From Spirochaetaceae bacterium (lineage in GTDB: Bacteria; Spirochaetota; Spirochaetia; DSM-27196; SLAA01), in assembly GCA_003552985.1 (NCBI GenBank), contig PUPD01000115.1:1-62080 (forward strand): DNA of 62,080 nucleotides. The letters are read 5' to 3'. This document shows positions 38,775-45,988 of the stretch, piece by piece (positions within the stretch are counted from its first letter, which is position 1; each line of letters starts with the position of its first letter). The position numbers were made by a program, and so were the translations under genes. The notes under the pieces were generated by a model. The model saw nothing but the letters and a program-made list of their open reading frames with translations, had not been told where the DNA came from and made no database searches.

Positions 38775-38814
38775 CGGCCCGCCTCCGGTCCCCGGGCGCC
38801 CTCGGACCAATGTC

Positions 38815-38828
38815 TTGACATATGACCT
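38815..38828 (+). promoter_or_regulatory. Motif copy 10: TTGACATATGACCT (the -35 of the 38901 operon; a TACCGT -10 candidate follows after 17 nt)
   Basis: It is inverted relative to copy 9, with a 40-bp gap, in the divergent intergenic region. Confidence 0.55.
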
Positions 38829-38900
38829 ATCTTGAGCTACCGTTAGTCCTGTAGGCACGGAGCTCGCGGCTCGGTCAGCACCAAGCCGGAAAGGTAGTAA

Positions 38901-39692
38901 ATGTACATCTATACCACGCTCGGACCGTTTAAAGATGAGATTTCCCAGGGGAGCATAAGCTCGGGACGGGTGCTTGAGGAACGAGTTCACGAGGCAGGGT
39001 ACGACGGTATCGAGCTCAGTCTGAGCCTGCTCCATCACCCCGATGGCCGTAGGCTTTTCGAAGAAATCGAGTTTGACAACGTCACATTTCACTCGGACCA
39101 TAACGAGTTCAGTCTCGGTTCTCAAAATCCCTACCGGCGTCGCGCTGCGGTTGACCAACTGCGTGACGAGACGGCCCTATCTATTGAAAACAGTGTTTCG
39201 ATCCTCACCTTCCACCCCGGATATCAGGGCAAGAAGGTGTCGCGCGACCAAGCTCACGCGAACGTAATTGCCGCCCTCGAGGAAGTAATGAATACCCATG
39301 CCGAGGCACTCGCTGACGGGAACACGGTGTTGTCGCTGGAAAACATGGGCGCGAGCGACGACAAGCTCTGTCGTACCGTTGACGAGCTGGAACAGGTGCT
39401 CGCGGCCCTTCCCCAACTCGGGTTAACCATCGATATCGCTCATTGTGCCTATAACCAACTTGATATCGATGAGTTCCTCGACCGACTGGGCTCACGCGTG
39501 CGCCATGTGCATGTCAGCGGATACAAAAATGGCCATCCCCACAAGAAAGTCTCGCTTCCTGAAAGCGAGCTGGAGATGAGTCCGTTCATCCGGCGCTTGA
39601 AGAGCGACGACATGATATTCTGCATAGAAAGTAGTACGCTCGAGGTGGCGGACGAAACCCGGGCCGTTCTCGAGTCAGTTCGCGACACCTAA
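38901..39692 (+). CDS. Xylose-isomerase-like TIM-barrel protein, paralog B
   Basis: 263 aa, a full-length paralog of 34902..35702. Confidence 0.6.
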   Translation: MYIYTTLGPFKDEISQGSISSGRVLEERVHEAGYDGIELSLSLLHHPDGRRLFEEIEFDNVTFHSDHNEFSLGSQNPYRRRAAVDQLRDETALSIENSVSILTFHPGYQGKKVSRDQAHANVIAALEEVMNTHAEALADGNTVLSLENMGASDDKLCRTVDELEQVLAALPQLGLTIDIAHCAYNQLDIDEFLDRLGSRVRHVHVSGYKNGHPHKKVSLPESELEMSPFIRRLKSDDMIFCIESSTLEVADETRAVLESVRDT

Positions 39693-39804
39693 GACCGTCG
39701 CGAGGTTCGGGGAGGGCCGACGCTGAACGCATTCGCCGGCAGATTTGCCGGCCGGCCGGGAATCGTCCGAACGGCCAGTCATCTCGGGAGCAAAGGAACG
39801 CAAG

Positions 39805-41067
39805 ATGAAACCGCATCGCGACAAAGGGATCGATTCGACAGCAACGATCTCCGAGAGAGTTCCGCTCAACCTGAAGATAACCGACCTCCGCACCATTGTC
39901 GTAGACCGTGCCCCGGACGAGAACTTCGTGTTCGTCAAACTCTTCACCGACCAAGGCATCGTCGGACTGGGAGAAGGAACTCTCACGGCTAGAGCGCGGA
40001 CAGTGGCAGCCGCAATTGAGGAGCACAGGCAGTACCTCATTGGCAAAAACCCGGTCGAAATCGAACGCCATTGGCAGACGCTGTTCCGAGGAGCCCGGGC
40101 GACACGTGGTGGTGCGGTAATGATGTCGGCGTTGAGTGCCGTGGAGATTGCCTTGTGGGATATTCTCGGTCAAGCGCTTGGCCAACCGGTCTACCAGCTC
40201 CTCGGCGGCAAGGCTCGGGACACAGTTAGATGCTACCCGCACACAACCTCGGGCAATCGAATCATGCATTATCACATGACACAGAAGGAACGTGCGCAAT
40301 CGCCGCCGAAATCGCTGACCGAACGGTTTCTCGAGCGGCAAGCCGAAGGCTGGACGGCGGTGAAGGCCGGATTCGTCACTGCCGATGAGAACAACGTCAT
40401 TGAGCCGATGCGCGCAGTGCGGCTCGGAATCGAGCGCCTCGCAGAGGTTCGTGAGGCGGTTGGACCGGATTTTGAGATCTGTGTCGACCTGCACGGAAGG
40501 TGCACGACCGCGATGGCAATCGAGTTCTGCAAGCTTGCGGAACCGTATCGGCCCTTCTTTGTCGAGGAGCCGACGCAAGTGGAAGATCTGGGCGAGCTCG
40601 CCTTGCTGAGATCACTCACCACGGTACCGCTCGCCACCGGCGAGCGCATTAACTCTCGCCTGCAGTTTGGTGAGATATGCTCCCGGCACCTCGTTAATTA
40701 CGTGCAGCCTGACGTAGTTCGTTGCGGCGGCATAAGCGAGATGAAGAAGATCGCGGCATTGGCTGAAGTCTTCCGAATCGAGCTGATGCCGCACAATCCA
40801 AACAGCCTTGTCTGTACCCTGGCCTCGTTGCACGTCTGCATGTGCACACCGAATGCAACGTTGCTTGAGATCGGTAGCGGTCTCTCGCCCTTCTGGGAGG
40901 ATCTTTTCTGCGGGCAGGCAATTCAATTCGAAAGTGGATTCGCGCGTCCCCCGGAACTACCCGGCCTGGGAGTGGAGCTGGATGAGAAGGTCGCTGCGAA
41001 GTATCCGTACCAACCGAAAATCCGGCACCCTCACCGACAGGCCGACGGTTCAGTCTCCGACAGCTAG
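39805..41067 (+). CDS. Enolase-superfamily dehydratase, D-mannonate/D-galactonate dehydratase (ManD)-like subgroup
   Basis: The start at MKPHRD has an AAGGA RBS. KITDLRTIVVD..FVFVKLFTDQGIVGLGEGT, AVEIALWDILGQALGQPVYQLLGGK and EEPT motifs are present. Confidence 0.8.
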   Translation: MKPHRDKGIDSTATISERVPLNLKITDLRTIVVDRAPDENFVFVKLFTDQGIVGLGEGTLTARARTVAAAIEEHRQYLIGKNPVEIERHWQTLFRGARATRGGAVMMSALSAVEIALWDILGQALGQPVYQLLGGKARDTVRCYPHTTSGNRIMHYHMTQKERAQSPPKSLTERFLERQAEGWTAVKAGFVTADENNVIEPMRAVRLGIERLAEVREAVGPDFEICVDLHGRCTTAMAIEFCKLAEPYRPFFVEEPTQVEDLGELALLRSLTTVPLATGERINSRLQFGEICSRHLVNYVQPDVVRCGGISEMKKIAALAEVFRIELMPHNPNSLVCTLASLHVCMCTPNATLLEIGSGLSPFWEDLFCGQAIQFESGFARPPELPGLGVELDEKVAAKYPYQPKIRHPHRQADGSVSDS

Positions 41068-41398
41068 GTGCAAGCTCGGGACAAGAACCATGCTGCAAGT
41101 ATCACAGGAGGCGCTTGCATACTGACCGGGAACGCGATTTCCTGGAGGTTGTGAAATAGCGTGAACACGCTTTCCGATCTCAATGCTCGGTACAAGAACG
41201 CCGAGAGTACCCCACCGACCGATGCGTCCCAAATACCCCCGCTGTGATGTGCGTGTTTTAGCAGGCGTACGTCCCGCACCATCGAGTGGGCCGTCGATCA
41301 CCTCTTGGCGCATCTCCCAGCCGCTCGTGAGGAGCTTCTCGTTGGGGCTTGGTTGACACAATCGGGCCGGGCGCATACAAGGGAGCTAAGGGAGAGTG

Positions 41399-42154
41399 AT
41401 GCGTTATCGTACTGTGTTGATCGATGCCGACGATACCGTTCTGGACTACCGCCGGGCCGAACGGGCGGCGCTCGAGGGAGCGCTCTGCGACGAGGGGCTT
41501 CCGTTTGACCCTGAACGCGACCTCGCCCTGTACTCGAAGATCAACCGGGGCTTGTGGCGTGAGCTGGAGCGTGGCGCCCTCGACCCGGCCGAGCTGGGTG
41601 AGCGCCGCTTTGCGGCGTTCTGCGAGCGAAACGGCTACCGCGCCGATCCGGCGGCGCTGAGCGGGAGCTATCTGGACCATCTTTCGCAAACGGGATTTCT
41701 TATTCCCGGAGCGCTTGAGCTGCTCGAGCAGCTGTACCGGCGCGTGCGTCTGGTACTGATCACGAATGGCTTTGCGCGGGTGCAGCGGGCGCGCGTCCGC
41801 AAGGCGGGCATTGAACCGTACTTCGCGATGCTGGCGATCTCAGAGGAAATCGGCGTGCAGAAGCCGGAGTCGGGAATCTTCGAGCATGTGTTCGCGAAGC
41901 TCTCGGATCATGACCGGGAGGATCCTTATCCGGCGGTCATCGTCGGCGACAGTCTGAGTTCCGACATTGCCGGCGGGAACGCCTTCGGGATCGATACCTG
42001 CTGGTTCAACCAGGGCGGGCGCCGGGAGCGCGGAGAGACCCCGGTCGGCTGCGAGATTCACGCGCTCGCGGAGCTGGTGCCGATCGTAGCCGGCGATGGT
42101 GAGCGGGTGGGTGAACGCGACGCCGAGGGCGGGAGCGACCTGGATGGCGGGTGA
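41399..42154 (+). CDS. HAD-superfamily hydrolase (YjjG-like nucleotidase subfamily)
   Basis: DxDxT motif (LIDADDTVLDY), ITNG, and GDSLSSDIAGG (motif IV). Confidence 0.75.
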   Translation: MRYRTVLIDADDTVLDYRRAERAALEGALCDEGLPFDPERDLALYSKINRGLWRELERGALDPAELGERRFAAFCERNGYRADPAALSGSYLDHLSQTGFLIPGALELLEQLYRRVRLVLITNGFARVQRARVRKAGIEPYFAMLAISEEIGVQKPESGIFEHVFAKLSDHDREDPYPAVIVGDSLSSDIAGGNAFGIDTCWFNQGGRRERGETPVGCEIHALAELVPIVAGDGERVGERDAEGGSDLDGG

Positions 42155-43043
42155 GCTTACGAGTGCCGCGGTGGCGATGTTGCTCGAGTCTCCGCGCACC
42201 TTCGACCTGTTTTCGCGCGAGCTCGAACAGGACGAGGCGCTGCTTCGTCGCGGCCTGCACCCCCCGCTTCTGGTATGGTGGGAGCACGCCGAACGGCCTG
42301 CCGTGGTCTGGGGCTGGCAGCTGTTACAGAGGCTCGCCGCTCTGGATATCGTCGCGGTGCCGGTGAGCTTGGTGAACGACGACGCCGCGGAGGCGCTTGA
42401 GCTTGCGATCCGGGCCGAGGGCCGGCCGGGCCGGTTCGGGTGGGACGAGCTGTCTGCGGTAGCCGCGTGCATGCGGGAGCTCGGGCTGGAGGACAATGAC
42501 CCGAAGCTCAGCGCGCTCCTGTTTGGACGGCCCGCCAGCGTCCTTCGCGAGGTGCGGCGCTATGAGGAGCTGCCGCCGCCCCTGCAGCGGCTGGTCGCCT
42601 CCGGAGCTGTGGACCTCAAGAGCGCCGAGCGCGCGACCGGAGTGCCGGAAGCGGTTCTGGAACGCTTCGGTGCCGGTGCCGAGCAGCTTTCGTTTTCGCG
42701 GCGGCGCGAAATGCTCGCGATGCTGTATGAGTTCTGTGTGGTGGGGCGGCGCGAGACTGAGGCGGTGCTCGCGCTGCTTGACGAGGTTTTCGCCGCGCCG
42801 GACCCGCTATCGGCGCTGCGTGCGCACCGTTATCCGCGGCTGCGTGAGCTTGAGCGGCAGTTCGAAGCCTTTTGCGAGTGTTACGCCTCGGGAAGCGGCG
42901 TGGAGTTGAGCGCGCCGGCGAAGTTCGAAGGGAGCGCGTTTGGGGTGCAGTTTCAGTTTGAATCTGCACCCCAACTGGCGAGACGGATACGCTGTCTGCA
43001 GGCGATAGAGCGCAATTGTGATGAGCTGTTTCGACTATTATAG
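42144..43043 (+). CDS. Hypothetical protein with a degenerate ParB/Srx-like N-terminal region
   Basis: The ATG with a GGGAG RBS overlaps the HAD gene stop. The pattern PLLVWWEHAERPAVVWGWQLLQRLAALDIVAVPVSLV resembles a ParB N-terminal fold, but the conserved arginine pair is absent. Tentative. Confidence 0.3.
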   Translation: MAGELTSAAVAMLLESPRTFDLFSRELEQDEALLRRGLHPPLLVWWEHAERPAVVWGWQLLQRLAALDIVAVPVSLVNDDAAEALELAIRAEGRPGRFGWDELSAVAACMRELGLEDNDPKLSALLFGRPASVLREVRRYEELPPPLQRLVASGAVDLKSAERATGVPEAVLERFGAGAEQLSFSRRREMLAMLYEFCVVGRRETEAVLALLDEVFAAPDPLSALRAHRYPRLRELERQFEAFCECYASGSGVELSAPAKFEGSAFGVQFQFESAPQLARRIRCLQAIERNCDELFRLL

Positions 43044-44097
43044 AGAACGATTCCAACGCTTTTACGCCGAGCAGGCTGTAGCCGAGCATCCGGTGGTGGC
43101 CCGAGTGGCCGAGCGCCTTGCGGTCGAAGGCCCGGTCATTGTGGAAGGCCGTGAAGAGGTGCCGGCCGCCGATCGCAACGAGGGCACGCTGGTGGCCGCT
43201 GCCGCACGCGGACGGGTAGTTAACCGGTGTCCGGGGAGTCACGGACACATCTGCTGCAACTACCTCACGATTGACCTCTATGCCGGCTGTACGCTCGGCT
43301 GCAGCTACTGCATCATGCAGAGCTACCGGAACTACGCTCCCATGGTAGTCCACGTTGACACCGCGCCGATCATCTCCGCGGTTCAAGCTGTTGCCGCCGC
43401 AAACCCGGGACGCCGTATCCGCGTGGGAACGGGACAGATCGGGGACTCGCTGCAGCTGGACCCGTTGTTCGAGCTCTCGCGCGAGCTGGTCGAAGCGTTT
43501 GCCGATGAGCCTGCCGTGGAGCTCGAGCTCAAGACCAAGACCGATTTCGTCGATCATCTGCTAGGCATCCCAAACGTGGGGCGCGCGATTATCGCGTTCT
43601 CGCTCAACCCTCCGCAGATTGCGGCGAGCGAGGAGCCCGATACCGCCGGGCTGGAGGCACGCCTGGCGGCGGCGGCGCGCTCGATAGAGGCCGGCTACCG
43701 GGTAGCCTTTCATTTCGATCCGATCATCCGGGTCGGGGCATGGCGCGAATGGTACGGTGCGGTAGTAGACCGGCTGAGGCGCGTGCCTGCCGAACGCGTC
43801 GCGTGGGTGAGCCTCGGTACGGTGCGCTTCACGTCCGCGCTGCGCGAGACGATCCCGCCGCGTGCGTATATGTTCGATGAGTTCATCGTTTCGCGTGACG
43901 GCAAGATGCGGTATCTGCAGCGCGAGCGCGTGGAGCTGTACCGTTACCTGCGGGCACGGTTGGAGGAGGCGCTCGGCCCCGTGCCGGTATACCTGTGTAT
44001 GGAAAGCCCTGCGGTATGGCGGCGGGTGTTTTCCGACAGCCGCTCGGCCCCGGCCGGGTCGCTGCTGGCGCCGCTCGCGCTTCCCGCCGGTTTGTAG
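43018..44097 (+). CDS. Radical SAM protein, spore-photoproduct-lyase (SPL)-like family
   Basis: CxxxCxxC cluster (CTLGCSYC) preceded by NYLTIDLYAG. The size and the downstream pattern (GTGQIGDS..., AFSLNP) are like SplB-family proteins. It overlaps the preceding gene by 26 nt. Confidence 0.65.
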   Translation: MMSCFDYYRERFQRFYAEQAVAEHPVVARVAERLAVEGPVIVEGREEVPAADRNEGTLVAAAARGRVVNRCPGSHGHICCNYLTIDLYAGCTLGCSYCIMQSYRNYAPMVVHVDTAPIISAVQAVAAANPGRRIRVGTGQIGDSLQLDPLFELSRELVEAFADEPAVELELKTKTDFVDHLLGIPNVGRAIIAFSLNPPQIAASEEPDTAGLEARLAAAARSIEAGYRVAFHFDPIIRVGAWREWYGAVVDRLRRVPAERVAWVSLGTVRFTSALRETIPPRAYMFDEFIVSRDGKMRYLQRERVELYRYLRARLEEALGPVPVYLCMESPAVWRRVFSDSRSAPAGSLLAPLALPAGL

Positions 44098-44121
44098 CGG
44101 TGCGGTAAGAAGGAGCGTTCC

Positions 44122-45417
44122 ATGGATCGTGACTACCGAAAGGCCCGTCGATCACCCGAAGCCGGCGGCCGCGCCGAAGCCGGCGGCCGCGCCGGCACAC
44201 CCAAACGCGCGGGGACAAGCGGCTCGGGGGCACGCGGCCGATCGCCTGAAACACTCGGCTGTCCCGGTGGCGCGCGCGCGACACTACGGTTGGCCGGCGC
44301 GCTTCTGGTCGCTTTGGTGTTCGGCGCCGCGATCCCGCTGCCGGCCGAGAGCTCTCCCGGCAGCCCCGACGGGCGTTATGCCGTTGCGCGCATCGAGGCT
44401 ATGGAAGGCAGGCCGGTTATTGTCCGCAGGGCCGAGCGCGAGTGGCCTGAGCTGATGGCTACTCCCTATCTCGAGACCTACGACTACCTGCGCACCGATC
44501 AGGGCGCGACTTTGCGCGCGACACTGTCGGGCGACGGGCGAGAGCGTACGACGCTGACGATCCTTCCGGACAGCGCTCTGTACCTGCGGCGCCACTCTCC
44601 GACGCCCGGGCGGCAGGTCGTGCTTATCGAGATGATCGCGGGTTCAGTGAGGGTTGAGGTCGAGCCGGGCTCCGCGCCTGGGTTGCCCGGCTCCGATCCG
44701 AGCGGCTCGGGCGAGTGGCGCGCGCCCCTGCTGCTGCGTTACCGGGACCTCAGCGTCGAGCCCGCCCCAGGGGAAGTTACAGCGCTGCAGGCACCGGACG
44801 GTTCGGTCCTGGTGTGGGCCGCCGCGGGCCGTGCGCTGGTTGAACACCGTGACGGGCGGTCGCGACTTGCCGAGAATGGACGTGCAGTCGAGTACCGGCC
44901 GGGGCGGTCACTTCGTACGCGCAGGCTCGCTGATCTCGGCGGACCGGAAGGTTGGTTCGCTGCTCGCGAGGAAGAGCTCCTTGAAGATGTCGCGAGCCTT
45001 TTCGACCGGGAGCGACGCCGCTATCTCGATGCCCACCGCGAGTTCCACGCGAGCTATCGCCGGCTGCTCGAGCGCCGCGCCGTGTGGTACGAATGGATGC
45101 GCGCCGACAGGGTCGGTCGTCCTGTCGAGCTCGGCGAAGGGGCGGAGCTTGCGGAGATTCGTGAGCTCCTCGAGGAGCTAACCCCCGCTCAGCAGGAGCT
45201 CGAGCACAGCCTGTACCGGATTGCCGGGTTGGCCGAGTACCTGGTGTTCCCCGAGCAGCTGGTGCTTGGCCGGGATCAGGACGAGCACGAAGGTGATTCA
45301 TCCGCGGCTCGCTTTGTACGTGCGACGGCCGGCGAGCGACCGTACCTCCGGGAACGCTTCCACACAATCAGGTACCTTATGCGTCTGACGGCGGAGCCGA
45401 CCGGGGACGAGTCGTAA
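44122..45417 (+). CDS. Secreted/anchored hypothetical protein with a FecR-like domain and a helical C-terminal half
   Basis: AAGGAG RBS. It has a basic Gly/Ala-rich N-terminus, then a hydrophobic segment (LAGALLVALVFGAAIPL), then a FecR-like pattern (VARIEAMEGRPVIVRR...DYLRTDQGATLRATL). Confidence 0.4.
   Translation: MDRDYRKARRSPEAGGRAEAGGRAGTPKRAGTSGSGARGRSPETLGCPGGARATLRLAGALLVALVFGAAIPLPAESSPGSPDGRYAVARIEAMEGRPVIVRRAEREWPELMATPYLETYDYLRTDQGATLRATLSGDGRERTTLTILPDSALYLRRHSPTPGRQVVLIEMIAGSVRVEVEPGSAPGLPGSDPSGSGEWRAPLLLRYRDLSVEPAPGEVTALQAPDGSVLVWAAAGRALVEHRDGRSRLAENGRAVEYRPGRSLRTRRLADLGGPEGWFAAREEELLEDVASLFDRERRRYLDAHREFHASYRRLLERRAVWYEWMRADRVGRPVELGEGAELAEIRELLEELTPAQQELEHSLYRIAGLAEYLVFPEQLVLGRDQDEHEGDSSAARFVRATAGERPYLRERFHTIRYLMRLTAEPTGDES
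44156..44191 (+). repeat. Perfect 18-bp tandem duplication (ccgaagccggcggccgcg x2) inside the 5' end of the FecR-like gene
   Basis: Read directly from the sequence. It encodes PEAGGRAEAGGRA. Confidence 0.9.
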
Positions 45418-45420
45418 TGC

Positions 45421-45917
45421 TTAGACGAGCGCCACTTTACCTTCACTGGGCTTGGGCTTCTTGATCTGTTTGAGGCATTCCTTCTCTTCGCGCTCGACGT
45501 CGGTGATCAGCGCGCCGGTGATGCGCTTAAGCAGTACCCGTGCGGTGGTCGGGAAGAACAGAATCTTCCGGCCGGCGGTGCCGCGCACATCCGAGGACTC
45601 GATCTCGATGTTCTCCGTTTCGAGATAGTTCATCGCAAACGCGATGTTACTGCGCGGTATCGTGGCCTCACCGTCGGGACTGGTGCGCAGGACGCGGGCG
45701 CCGCCGAAGACCCGGCGCGCAGGTTCTGTTTGCGTGCCCCGAGCTTGAGCATCGCGTTGATGACCAGCTGCATCGCATACATGCCGTAGCACCCTGAGTT
45801 ACTCATGATTGAGCCGGAGGAGTTATCGCCGGCGAGTGAAGCATAGTACTCGCCGTGATGAATGACAACGATCTTACGCTGAAACTTGTTGCTATAGTGC
45901 TGATACACGGGATTCAC
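45421..45917 (-). pseudogene. cheD: cheD (chemoreceptor glutamine deamidase), split by a frameshift and apparently lacking the catalytic Cys/His segment
   Basis: ORF 45630..45917 carries GEYYAS and GCYGMYAMQLVINAMLKLGARKQNLRA. ORF 45421..45792, in another frame, carries VFGGARVL...NIAFAMNYLETENIEIESSDVRGTAGRKILFFP. The two frames meet at about 45707-45724. Confidence 0.6.
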
Positions 45918-45988
45918 GCCTCAGGCCGGGTAGGACCATGTCTTTGTCTTGAGAATCCGTCTGCTAAGCATCGGACCGTAACTCTACC

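Noticed and set aside
41068-41395. A 328-bp gap between the island's last gene and the HAD operon. Small ORFs lie on both strands (41064-41282 and 41050-41376), raising the possibility of an ncRNA or a gene remnant.
   Set aside because: I found no tRNA-like or riboswitch-like conserved motif, no convincing RBS/start pair and no repeat. It is left unannotated rather than called.
43018-44097. The radical SAM gene as the missing anaerobic sulfatase-maturating enzyme.
   Set aside because: It has only the single CxxxCxxC cluster and no C-terminal SPASM-type Cys clusters. Its pattern matches SPL-like proteins. It also lies outside the island, in a different operon.
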